NCBI GenBank assembly: GCA_017437945.1
Contig: JAFRWP010000002.1
Span: forward strand, 1,272-65,271
Source of the DNA: Candidatus Saccharimonadota bacterium
GTDB lineage: Bacteria > Patescibacteriota > Saccharimonadia > Saccharimonadales > Saccharimonadaceae
Reading direction: 5' to 3'
Length of the DNA: 64,000 nucleotides
Shown here: piece after piece, positions 45,799 through 54,818 of the stretch
Position numbering within the stretch: position 1 is the stretch's first letter
Layout: each line of letters begins with the position of its first letter
Notes under the pieces: model-generated
Told to the model about the DNA's origin: nothing
The model's input: only the letters and a program-made list of their open reading frames with translations
Database searches by the model: none
Made by a program: the position numbers and the translations under genes

Positions 45799-46584
45799 AT
45801 GCATAAAATTCTTTTTCCGGAAGCCTACAACGAGTTCATCCAAGCAGCCGTAGCACGCTTGCGCGCTAGGGGTGAATGCGAACCAATCGTTGAGCTTTGT
45901 GATTTACCAAAAGCTTGCAAAATGTTACAGGATGGCGAAGTTGACGGCATGGTAGCTGGCATAGATTTGCCTTCACGCGATGTAATTCTGGCCTGTCGCG
46001 ATTCGCTCGGCCTCGAAGGTCCAGAGTTAACTCCTGGAGAAAAACGCACATTCTCGAGCCTATTCGTCGCTAGATTTCCGGATGGACGCGAAATAATCAT
46101 CGGTGACGGTGCGACTTGCAAGAATCCGACCGAAATGCAGCTAGCTGATATAGTAGAACTTATTTATGGCGCAGCCGTTCGTATCCTCGGTGAGGAACCA
46201 CGCGTAGCGATGCTATCGTTCTCAACATTAGGTTCTGGCGGCTCCGATCCATCTATTGATAAAATCCGTGATGCCATTTCACTGGTTCACTCTCGTCGCC
46301 CAGACATAGATATCGATGGCGAAATGCAGCTTGATGCAGCCGTTAATGACCGCATTGGCCGAAAGAAGGCGCCAAAATCAACTGTCGCAGGTAGAGCAAA
46401 CGTTTTAATCGTCCCAGATATTAATTCTGGCAACATTCTTTACAAAGCGCTTGAACAGTTCGGCAATGCCCATATAGCTGGCCCGATCTTACTTGGTTTT
46501 AAGAAACCAGTAGCCGATCTTTCGCGTGGTTCAAGCATCGAAGACATAGAATTTACCGCCGATTGTCTAAACAAGTTAATCTAA
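45799..46584 (+). CDS. pta: phosphate acetyl/butyryl transferase (short PTA_PTB domain protein)
   Basis: GDGATCKNPT, IDGEMQLDAA, VPDINSGNILYKAL and SRGSSIEDI are Pta motifs. At 261 aa it is shorter than typical Pta proteins. Confidence 0.75.
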   Translation: MHKILFPEAYNEFIQAAVARLRARGECEPIVELCDLPKACKMLQDGEVDGMVAGIDLPSRDVILACRDSLGLEGPELTPGEKRTFSSLFVARFPDGREIIIGDGATCKNPTEMQLADIVELIYGAAVRILGEEPRVAMLSFSTLGSGGSDPSIDKIRDAISLVHSRRPDIDIDGEMQLDAAVNDRIGRKKAPKSTVAGRANVLIVPDINSGNILYKALEQFGNAHIAGPILLGFKKPVADLSRGSSIEDIEFTADCLNKLI

Positions 46585-46615
46585 AAAATAACCCCTTCGC
46601 GGGGTTATTTTTTTT
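46583..46615. terminator. bidirectional intrinsic terminator
   Basis: AAAAAATAACCCC-TTCGC-GGGGTTATTTTTTTT, between convergent genes. Confidence 0.85.
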
Positions 46616-47876
46616 AATCTATCTTTTCAATCGTGATAGCTTCCGGCTTTGGCAAAGTTGCCGATTCTCCGGCTTTTGCTTCCGGGTCAACACGTAGGCG
46701 CATATCGCGAATCACATTCATGAAGTACTGAAATGCATCAAATGGCGAATCATATGGCGAGAAATAAGCATGCACGCCGCCATCGTTGAAGTACTTGGTG
46801 CACATATAATACGGATGGTCAGATGTCTGGAGGTGGCGCCAATCCTCGATCAATTTCTTGTCGCCGGTAGCCAGAACCTTGTCTTTTAGCTCATATAGCG
46901 CCTTCATAGCTTCGTGCTGGATAGAGTTGCCGAGCCAAGCCGATAAATCGCGCTCAGTGTCCGCCCAGGTGACCGTCCAAGGAACAGATATTTCTCCGGC
47001 CGGTTCGATATTATCGCAAGCTTCAGAGAGAGTCATAAAGCTCGTTCCGTCAATCTCGTCCCAACGGCGAATAAATTCATCGAAGAAGCCAAAAATACCA
47101 GTATCTTTCCAAATATTTTCCCCAAAAGTTTCAAAATCCATGAAAAGGTTAACAATCGGACCTTCTTCTGTTGCTTTTGATACCCAATTGGTGAATTTTT
47201 CGGCAGTTAGAGGCCATTCGTTCCAAGTCTTATCAGGGAAGCGGAAGGCTATGTCGTCTGATAAGTTGTAGTTTTTCATGAGGAGCTTAATATTTGAGCA
47301 TCCTTCTGGGCGATATACTGCATTCGGTGTGCGGCTACCGAGAATTTTATCCCAGCCCTCAGCAAGAATACCCTTAAAACCATATTCGTCCGCCCAATGT
47401 GCTAGGTCGTTATTGTAGGAAAATTCCGTATTGCGGAAGACTTTCGTTTCTAATCCAAACAACTCGCGAATCTTATTTTGATGCATACGTACTTGTTCTT
47501 CAAACTCGGCTTTGTCGAAGAAGAAGGCGAGGGAATGATAGTAAGTTTCGCTTGCGATCTCCATGCGTCCAGTTTTAGCCAGGCGCTGTAGAGTTACGAT
47601 TAGATCGGGTGCCCATTTTTGAGCTTGTTCAATAAAGGTACCGGTAATCGAAATAGAAAACTTGAATCCAGGATAATCGACGAGGCATTTCTCTAGCTTA
47701 GCGAGCATTGGACGGTAGGATTTTTCGGTAACTTTCTTGAAGATACGTTCGTTATTTGGCCCAGCATACCAATCTTTCTCTGTCCAATAATCGTGGTCGT
47801 GTCCGACAGAAAAAATACTGTATTGCTTTATGCGCAATGGCTGGTGCATATGCAAATACAGCACTACTGATTTCAT
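46614..47876 (-). CDS. glycoside hydrolase family 57 protein (alpha-glucan active)
   Basis: LYLHMHQPLR is a GH57-type N-terminus and the 420-aa length fits. A GGAGGAGG SD lies directly after the stop of the upstream GT4 gene. Confidence 0.8.
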   Translation of the reverse strand: MKSVVLYLHMHQPLRIKQYSIFSVGHDHDYWTEKDWYAGPNNERIFKKVTEKSYRPMLAKLEKCLVDYPGFKFSISITGTFIEQAQKWAPDLIVTLQRLAKTGRMEIASETYYHSLAFFFDKAEFEEQVRMHQNKIRELFGLETKVFRNTEFSYNNDLAHWADEYGFKGILAEGWDKILGSRTPNAVYRPEGCSNIKLLMKNYNLSDDIAFRFPDKTWNEWPLTAEKFTNWVSKATEEGPIVNLFMDFETFGENIWKDTGIFGFFDEFIRRWDEIDGTSFMTLSEACDNIEPAGEISVPWTVTWADTERDLSAWLGNSIQHEAMKALYELKDKVLATGDKKLIEDWRHLQTSDHPYYMCTKYFNDGGVHAYFSPYDSPFDAFQYFMNVIRDMRLRVDPEAKAGESATLPKPEAITIEKID

Positions 47877-47896
47877 AATAGCTAAACCTCCTCCGT

Positions 47897-49126
47897 TTAG
47901 AATCTGTTGCGTCGATTCCTACTTACTTCATCATATACTTCGAGACACTTCTTCGCAACATCATCCCAAGATATGCGAGCGTATTCTCGACGGATACCAC
48001 CCTTCAATATTTCCGTTAATGCTGGACTTTCAGCGATATTCACCAAAGCGCTAGCAAGCTTATCTTCATCCCAGAAGTCGTAGCGAACAATCGAGCGGAG
48101 CACTTCGCCGACACCAGACTGCTTTGTGATAATCAAAGCATTGCCATGGTGTGCAGCCTCAAGGGCGGTAAGCCCAAATGGCTCAGATACGGAGCTCATT
48201 ACGAAAACATCTGAAATGCTATAGATATCGCGTAGCTGTTTGCCACGAATGAAGCCGGTAAAGATGACGTTCGAGGAAATACCGAGCTCGGCGGACATAC
48301 GCATTAATTCTTCACGCTGTTCACCATCACCAGCAAAGAGAAACACCATCTTTGGATGAATGCTGATAGCGCGTGCGGCTGCGCGCATCATGTGGGCAAG
48401 ACCCTTCTGAAGCGTGAAGCGACCAACTGTTGAGACGACTGTGTAACCCTTGCTCTTGAGACCTTCTAGGTACTGGTAGCTAGAACCATCGTACTGATAA
48501 TCATCGTCTGGAATATTGAAGCCATTGTAAGCTACATCAATCTTATCGGCTGGGATGCCATACTTCTCGACAATGATGCGCTTTGTAGCTTCACTAACTG
48601 CAATAATTTTGTCCGCCCAGAGCAAACCTTCGTATTCAATCTGATGGATTAGTGGGTTGCCGCCATTTTCGCCGCCACGATCGAACTCCGTTGCGTGGAC
48701 GTGGGCAACTAGCGGAATGCCGAAATTCTTCTTTGCGAGAATACCAGCCTCATAGGTCAACCAGTCGTGGGCATGCACTACATCTGGCTTGAACTGCATC
48801 AGATAGCGTTCAACGAAACGTATGTAATTCTTCTGAATGTCGCGAATGGATACTAGGCCTTCACAGTTAGCTTCAGGAAAAATCTGTTTTTCAATATTCT
48901 TCGACTCATAAGAACCGTTGCTAGCACCACCATAGCGGAACAATGGATCAACGTGAGTTGCTGAAAGGACATTCATGTAGTCAAAATGATGATCGGATTC
49001 ATATGGAACCACGAAATCGATGTCTGCTCCCATCTTGGCTAGTGCCTTTGAGAGGTTCAAACATGCTACCCCTAGACCGCCGCTGTTATGTGGGGGTAGC
49101 TCCCATCCTAACATCAATATTTTCAT
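47897..49126 (-). CDS. GT4-family glycosyltransferase, glycogen/alpha-glucan synthase-like
   Basis: MKILMLGWELPPHNSGGLGVA is a typical N-terminus, and the GT-B C-terminal motif SVSEPFGLTALEA is present. Confidence 0.8.
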   Translation of the reverse strand: MKILMLGWELPPHNSGGLGVACLNLSKALAKMGADIDFVVPYESDHHFDYMNVLSATHVDPLFRYGGASNGSYESKNIEKQIFPEANCEGLVSIRDIQKNYIRFVERYLMQFKPDVVHAHDWLTYEAGILAKKNFGIPLVAHVHATEFDRGGENGGNPLIHQIEYEGLLWADKIIAVSEATKRIIVEKYGIPADKIDVAYNGFNIPDDDYQYDGSSYQYLEGLKSKGYTVVSTVGRFTLQKGLAHMMRAAARAISIHPKMVFLFAGDGEQREELMRMSAELGISSNVIFTGFIRGKQLRDIYSISDVFVMSSVSEPFGLTALEAAHHGNALIITKQSGVGEVLRSIVRYDFWDEDKLASALVNIAESPALTEILKGGIRREYARISWDDVAKKCLEVYDEVSRNRRNRF

Positions 49127-49213
49127 CTAATATCTAGTATAGCACTTATGCTTCGTGGCGCAAGCAAAAAAGCATAATTTTTTTGATTTTTTGTTATCAT
49201 AGGGACAGAAACT

Positions 49214-49735
49214 ATGACTATGAAACATATGGCCAAAAAAACAACTAAAAATTCTAAAGATACAACCTCTAAACATGTAAAAAATACACAAACGGGGGTA
49301 GAGCCAAAAGCGGCATTCACAATTCGATGGTATCATATCGCCGCTACGGTTGGAGTGATTGTTTTGGTGGTCGCTGCGTTAGTCGTTGTTGTTTATAAGC
49401 TCGATCCATCCATCATCACTAGCCGATATACGCTTAAGTATTCAGTTGGTTGTACAACATCATTTTCTGGCCGCGTTGAAGATCTAAATCATCACTATCG
49501 GTATGCAGGCGTTAGTAATGGCTCAATGGTCGGCAAAAATGGCCAAACCACGAACGCCAACGAGGCATACTTAAAAATCATCGAGCTCGGCAATGATCGC
49601 GTCAAAATCGAAGAACGCGACTATGAGACTGGCGAGTGGGAAGAGCAGACGGTCAAATACGGCGACGAAGAGGTTGTGATTACTCAAACCGCCCCTGATT
49701 GCATGCCAGGTATTACCTACACAATAAACAAATAA
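49214..49735 (+). CDS. hypothetical membrane-anchored protein
   Basis: It has a Lys/Thr-rich N-terminus, one TM helix and a ~110-aa ectodomain. Confidence 0.5.
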   Translation: MTMKHMAKKTTKNSKDTTSKHVKNTQTGVEPKAAFTIRWYHIAATVGVIVLVVAALVVVVYKLDPSIITSRYTLKYSVGCTTSFSGRVEDLNHHYRYAGVSNGSMVGKNGQTTNANEAYLKIIELGNDRVKIEERDYETGEWEEQTVKYGDEEVVITQTAPDCMPGITYTINK

Positions 49736-49762
49736 AAAGTCAATAGCAGACATACTATTGAC
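49734..49762 (-). terminator. hairpin terminator of the ABC operon (U-tract on the minus strand)
   Basis: GTCAATAG-N8-CTATTGAC, with a T-run on the minus-strand side. Confidence 0.6.
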
Positions 49763-49786
49763 AAAATAAGAATTAATGTTGAAATA

Positions 49787-50512
49787 TTATTGGCTTATCT
49801 TTTCGAGCAGCTGATTATATTGATTTGTTAGCCATGTCGTTTTGAATACTACTACATCGCCGTCTAAGTGCCAGGACCCATTATTTGACTTTAGAAAATT
49901 GATAACTTCTGCATATGCGTCGCATTTTTTCTGCATTGAAGCGACGTAGTTTAGGTAGTCCTGCTTCATCTCTTGATCTTCGTACAATTCAGCTACCTGT
50001 TCTTCGAATAGCTCCTCATAATAATCACCAATGTATCCTGCCAGATACTTGAATGCCTCTTCTCGCGAGAACAGTGTATTGGCGGCTTCTTTTATAATGG
50101 CTAGATACTTTCGCATCTCTGTAATGGCCTCGAGCGATTTTTTAAAATCTGGCTGTTCTTCTTCGATTAACTCTTTTGTGATCCCGTTTTTAAAGACAGC
50201 CTCTTCTTCTGTGGTTTGTGCCATGAAATAAGGCATGAAGATATCATATATATAATCTTTTGAGGCTTTCTCGACTAAGCCATATTTGCCATCACTATAT
50301 GTTTTTTCGGCTAATTCATTAATTACCGAGAAATCAACTTCATCGGCGATAAACGCATCGCGGTATTGCGTCATCGCGGCTACATAAGTAGCTTCTTGCG
50401 TGTTTGTGCTGATAATCGACACGACCATCATCACTACGAAACAAATAATCAGCGTGCCAACAACATAAAACACACCATGCAAAAACTTCTTCATATCTAA
50501 ATTATAGCGCAA
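49787..50512 (-). CDS. hypothetical membrane-anchored helical protein co-transcribed with the ABC exporter
   Basis: It overlaps the upstream ABC gene by 11 nt. It has one N-terminal TM helix and an acidic helical ectodomain. Confidence 0.5.
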   Translation of the reverse strand: MRYNLDMKKFLHGVFYVVGTLIICFVVMMVVSIISTNTQEATYVAAMTQYRDAFIADEVDFSVINELAEKTYSDGKYGLVEKASKDYIYDIFMPYFMAQTTEEEAVFKNGITKELIEEEQPDFKKSLEAITEMRKYLAIIKEAANTLFSREEAFKYLAGYIGDYYEELFEEQVAELYEDQEMKQDYLNYVASMQKKCDAYAEVINFLKSNNGSWHLDGDVVVFKTTWLTNQYNQLLEKISQ

Positions 50513-52520
50513 ACTGGGAGTTATATAGATCGGCGTAGAAGCCGTTTTTAGCCATCAATTCTTTATGATTGCCCGACTCGACGATATTGCCCTCATTCAT
50601 GACTAAAATAAGATCAGCGTTCTTAATTGTGGATAAGCGGTGCGCAATAATAAATGATGTGCGACCTTCCATTAACTTATCCATTGCTTTTTGGACCAGT
50701 TCCTCGGTACGCGTATCGACGTTGGATGTTGCCTCGTCCAGAATTAGGAATGGCGCATCCTCAATCATGCCGCGCGCGATTGTAATCAGCTGCTTTTGGC
50801 CAGCCGAAATTGAATCGCTCTCAGCTATATCCGTATTTAAGCCCTTTGGCAGGGTTTTAATAAAGTGACTGAGGCCCACAGTATCACAAACCTTCATTAT
50901 TTCCGCATCCGTAATTGGGCCGTTATTGTAGATGATATTATCGCGCATTGTGCCACTAAACATCCACGTGTCTTGTAATACCATCGTAAATAAGGAATGG
51001 ATTTCTTCGCGCGTCATAGTTTTCGTAGAGACACCATCGATGCGGATGTCGCCAGAATTAATGTCGTAGAATTTCATCAGCAGGTTCACCATCGTGGTTT
51101 TTCCGGCGCCGGTTGGTCCAACTATTGCGATCTTTTGACCGGCCTTCGCTTTGGCGGAGAAATCCTTGATGATAGTCTTACCATCGTCGTATCCAAAGCG
51201 TACGTGATCAAACTCGATATCTCCACGGATTGTTTTCTTATTAATGTGGGCAGTTAAGCCTTTCTCACTTGGCATTTCCTCTTCGTCGAGGAATTCAAAA
51301 ACTCGTTCACTCGATGCTGCCGCTGGCTGTAGGCCTCCGACAGCCTGAGCAATTCGCGAAAGCGGAGAAGAGAACAGGCGTGCGTATAAAATGAACGCCA
51401 CAATCACGCCGAAACTAATCGCGCCATTCATCGTAAGAAGCGCCCCAACTACACAAACTGCGACATAGCCGAAATTACCTATAAACGCCATGAATGGGTG
51501 CATTAAACCGGACAAGAACTGGCTACGCTGATTGGCTGTATGAATCTTTTTATTTATGACATCAAACTTACGGTCAGCCGTCTCTTTGCCGCCATATACT
51601 TTTACGACGGCAATACCAGAATAAACCTCTTCGATATGGGAATTCATTTTTCCGAGTTCTACTTGGCGATCGGTAAAGTATTTTTGAGATTTTTTGAGAA
51701 TAATTGCCACGAAAATGAAACCAAATAAGCTTGAGCCAATTGCAACAACTGCTAACATCCAGTTTGTCACGAGCATCATTACGGCTGCGCCGAGCAATAA
51801 TGACCCTTCACCGATGATTGTCCCGAATGAATTATCGAGACTACTTGCGACGGAGTCGACATCATTTGTGATGCGTGAAAGCACATCGCCGATCTGGTGC
51901 TTATCGAAATATTTCAGTGGCAATCGATTTATCTTTCGAGAAATGCGATTGCGCAAATTGCGCGCAAATCCCGCCGTAACGCGCGCCATAATAAAACCTT
52001 CAATATATTCCATAATTGCAGAGAGAAGATATATCGCTGCCATCATAAAGGCTAAATTGCGAATCAGTACATAATTCATTTCTGGTGCAATTAGTTTTTG
52101 AATCGAAGTAGGCAACTTACCAATTTCGGCATAGATATCTTTAGCTTTTGATTCATCAACTGTACCATTCTCGGATAATTGCAGTTGTATTCTCTGCATA
52201 GCCTCAATGAACAGCTTCTTGTCTTCGGCGCTAACTTTTTCGCCGTCAATGATGCTATTCTCAGTTGGTTCTTGCAGAATGATGGTTGATACTCTTGCGA
52301 TTTTTTCGCGGTCAAGCATTAATCCTGAGGATATTTCGTCCGTGATATCAGCAAGTCTCTCTGGCGCAATTACGGATAAGATCGAGCCACCGAGTGACAT
52401 TACTATCGCGATTGCGATTAAAATATAAAAGCCCTTCATCTCGCGTAGCATACGTCGAATTGCTGCGCCAAAATTTTTTGCTTTTTCGTCGCCTTTGCTA
52501 TGTCTACCACCGTTAAACAT
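50502..52520 (-). CDS. ABC exporter permease/ATPase fusion (type IV exporter half-transporter) with a ~95-aa insertion between TM1 and TM2
   Basis: Walker A GPTGAGKTT, signature ISAGQKQ and Walker B FLILDEATS are present, with a 6-TM N-terminal domain. Confidence 0.9.
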   Translation of the reverse strand: MFNGGRHSKGDEKAKNFGAAIRRMLREMKGFYILIAIAIVMSLGGSILSVIAPERLADITDEISSGLMLDREKIARVSTIILQEPTENSIIDGEKVSAEDKKLFIEAMQRIQLQLSENGTVDESKAKDIYAEIGKLPTSIQKLIAPEMNYVLIRNLAFMMAAIYLLSAIMEYIEGFIMARVTAGFARNLRNRISRKINRLPLKYFDKHQIGDVLSRITNDVDSVASSLDNSFGTIIGEGSLLLGAAVMMLVTNWMLAVVAIGSSLFGFIFVAIILKKSQKYFTDRQVELGKMNSHIEEVYSGIAVVKVYGGKETADRKFDVINKKIHTANQRSQFLSGLMHPFMAFIGNFGYVAVCVVGALLTMNGAISFGVIVAFILYARLFSSPLSRIAQAVGGLQPAAASSERVFEFLDEEEMPSEKGLTAHINKKTIRGDIEFDHVRFGYDDGKTIIKDFSAKAKAGQKIAIVGPTGAGKTTMVNLLMKFYDINSGDIRIDGVSTKTMTREEIHSLFTMVLQDTWMFSGTMRDNIIYNNGPITDAEIMKVCDTVGLSHFIKTLPKGLNTDIAESDSISAGQKQLITIARGMIEDAPFLILDEATSNVDTRTEELVQKAMDKLMEGRTSFIIAHRLSTIKNADLILVMNEGNIVESGNHKELMAKNGFYADLYNSQFAL

Positions 52521-54270
52521 TGAGTTCCTCCTTTGTTAACTGTGACAAAGCTATTTCTTTATATACTTCACAATTTTTCATCAATTCTTTATGTGTGCCC
52601 ATGCCAACGCATACGCCTTTATCAAGTACCAAGATTTTATCGGCATGCATAATGGTGCCAATACGTTGCGCAACAATTAGACTCGTAGCATCCTTAGTAT
52701 ATTCACGTAAAGCCTGGCGCAAGGCGGCATCGGTTTTATAATCCAAAGCCGAGAACGAATCGTCGAATATATAGATTTCTGGATCGCGCGCAATTGCGCG
52801 GGCAATAGCGAGGCGCTGTTTTTGTCCACCGGATATATTTGTGCCAGATTGTGCGATTGGCGAGTTGTACTGTTTTTCGAGCTTTTCTACGAAGTGCTTA
52901 GCTTGAGCAACCTGGGCAGCTTTTTGAATATGACGCTCAGACGGTTTGCCCTTGCCGCTATCGCCGTAAGAGATATTGCTCGCTACCGTACCATTAAAGA
53001 TAACTGCTTTTTGTGGCACGTAACCGAGTTTTCGATGCAGGGCTTTCTGCTTATAATCCTTCACGTTTATTCCGTCAACAAATATTGCTCCATCCGTAAC
53101 ATCATAAAAACGCGGTACCAAGTTAATTAATGTTGATTTGCCAGAGCCGGTTGAACCAATAAACGCTACGGTCTCGCCGCGTTCAGCCTTGAATGAAATA
53201 TTCTTTAATAGATATTCTTCTGCATCCGGGTATTTAAATGAAACGTTGCGGAATTCAACCGTACCGGTTTCAGCGGTCTCCTCGTCGAAACTACCGTCCT
53301 TAATCGTAATCTCTTCGTCTAAGACTTCATTAATACGCTCCGCTGATACCTGAGCGCGTGGAATAATCATGAAAATCATAGCCACCATTAAGAAACTAAA
53401 GATTACGTGCATAGCGTAGGACGAGAACACAACCATGTCGCTGAAGAGATTTAATTTATCGGACATAATGGAATTGCCGATTAAATATGCGCCAAGTACA
53501 TAAATAACTAAAGTGATACCATTCATAACCAGATACATCATTGGCGACATTACGCTAAGAACTCGGTCGACGAAACGCGTAATATCGGCCAGTTCAGTAT
53601 TGCTTTTGTCGAATTTGTGCTCTTGATACTTTTCGGCGTTGAATGCATGCACGACACGGATGCCCGTGAGATTCTCTCGTGAAACGCCGTTCAATTTATC
53701 GGTTAATTTCTGGATTACCTTAAACCTAGGAATCACAATCATCATAATCGTGATAACGGTCGCCAACAAAATTACGACCGCAACACCGGTGGCAGTACTC
53801 CATTCCCAGCTTTTACCCTGAATTTTTACTATTGCCCAGATTGCGCTAAGTGGCGCACGAATAAGCATATTGGCCCCCATCGTAATCGCCATGCGTGCCT
53901 GGGTAATATCATTAGTGGTACGTGTGATAAGGGAAGCGGTTGAGAATTTTTTAATCTCATTCATGCTGAGCTGTTCAACTTTATCAAATATCTTTTTACG
54001 AACGATAAAAGAGAAGTCGGCCCCAATATGCGAAACGAACCAACCGGCGATGATTACTGAAATCAAACTACCGAGCGCGCAAAGCAACATCATGCCACCA
54101 TTTTGAAGTATTTCGCCCATCTCGCTACCCTCAGTCTGCACTAGTTTAGTAATTGCGGACATATACTCTGGCATCTTCAGTTCTAGGCCAACTTGTCCAG
54201 CGATGAAAAACACCGCGAGGGCCATAAAAAGATAATCTTTTTTATTTAAGGTTTTGAGAAGTTTAAACAT
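52513..54270 (-). CDS. ABC exporter permease/ATPase fusion, partner half-transporter
   Basis: Walker A GSTGSGKST, signature ISGGQKQR and Walker B IYIFDDSFS are present. It overlaps the downstream partner gene by 8 nt. Confidence 0.9.
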   Translation of the reverse strand: MFKLLKTLNKKDYLFMALAVFFIAGQVGLELKMPEYMSAITKLVQTEGSEMGEILQNGGMMLLCALGSLISVIIAGWFVSHIGADFSFIVRKKIFDKVEQLSMNEIKKFSTASLITRTTNDITQARMAITMGANMLIRAPLSAIWAIVKIQGKSWEWSTATGVAVVILLATVITIMMIVIPRFKVIQKLTDKLNGVSRENLTGIRVVHAFNAEKYQEHKFDKSNTELADITRFVDRVLSVMSPMMYLVMNGITLVIYVLGAYLIGNSIMSDKLNLFSDMVVFSSYAMHVIFSFLMVAMIFMIIPRAQVSAERINEVLDEEITIKDGSFDEETAETGTVEFRNVSFKYPDAEEYLLKNISFKAERGETVAFIGSTGSGKSTLINLVPRFYDVTDGAIFVDGINVKDYKQKALHRKLGYVPQKAVIFNGTVASNISYGDSGKGKPSERHIQKAAQVAQAKHFVEKLEKQYNSPIAQSGTNISGGQKQRLAIARAIARDPEIYIFDDSFSALDYKTDAALRQALREYTKDATSLIVAQRIGTIMHADKILVLDKGVCVGMGTHKELMKNCEVYKEIALSQLTKEELNV

Positions 54271-54327
54271 AATTAATTATTTAAGTATAACAATTATTGC
54301 GGTCTTTTTCTAGTAGGGAACAGCGAT

Positions 54328-54742
54328 AAAAAAATGCCCCGGTCCGCTAATGGAACCGAGGCTGTATAAGGCTCCGCTGCAACACGTTGGGTTGCCGCAG
54401 CGGAGCCAGAGAAAGAGAGTAGTGGTAGTAAACGTGTGAGTTTGATCCTGATATTGATTCGGTAACTAGACGCTGGCTTTGCTCGCAGTGGGTTGAATCG
54501 AGTTTGAGTCTTTGGACGTTCTAGGTAGCCTTCCATCTACCCGGAGGTGCACTTGTGAACTGAACAAGAACTGAACTGACTAGACTGTGAACAGTGACTA
54601 ATGATTTACTATGTCTGCTATTGTATAAAACATCATTGCCGAGCTACCACACTCTCTTTACTCTCAAAGAACATAAGGCTGCGGGGCGGGCTGATTGCCA
54701 CTTTCGTGGTCGATCGCGCATATAGCACTCCGCAGCACGACT
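54328..54742 (-). ncRNA. candidate structured non-coding RNA (~415 nt), family unknown
   Basis: On the minus strand there is a promoter TTGCAT (54771-54776)-17-TACAAT (54748-54753). A 10-bp GC-rich hairpin (54336-54362) followed by U7 acts as terminator. A 19-bp long-range helix pairs 54644-54665 with 54408-54428. An 11-bp hairpin pairs 54397-54407 with 54370-54380, and there is a CCAC-GAAA-GUGG tetraloop hairpin. No ORF in the region has an SD. Confidence 0.45.
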
Positions 54743-54818
54743 CACTCATTGTATATCATATTAATTGTCTATGCAAGCATAAGAAATAACGTCGCATGCT
54801 ATTATATATATAACTGTC

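Noticed and set aside
54328-54742. Whether the structured RNA is tmRNA, RNase P RNA, SRP RNA, 6S RNA or a T-box leader.
   Set aside because: - tmRNA: there is no GGGG...UUCGAC 5' end, no T-arm/CCACCA 3' end and no ALAA-type tag frame.
- RNase P: there is no GAGGAAAGUCC or ACAGAA P4 strand.
- SRP: there is no domain IV GGAA/AGCA motif.
- 6S: the RNA is too long.
- T-box: the only T-box-like string (GUGGUAGCUCGG) lies ~280 nt from the terminator instead of adjacent to it.

This assessment was made by eye only, so a covariance-model scan is still required.
54294-54789. An 80-aa minus-strand ORF and a 62-aa plus-strand ORF in the 54.3-54.8 kb gap.
   Set aside because: Neither has an SD or a start-proximal -10 box. 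Their compositions are Arg/Leu/Ser-rich or Cys/His-rich. Both run through strong RNA hairpins and the terminator, so the region is better explained as non-coding RNA.
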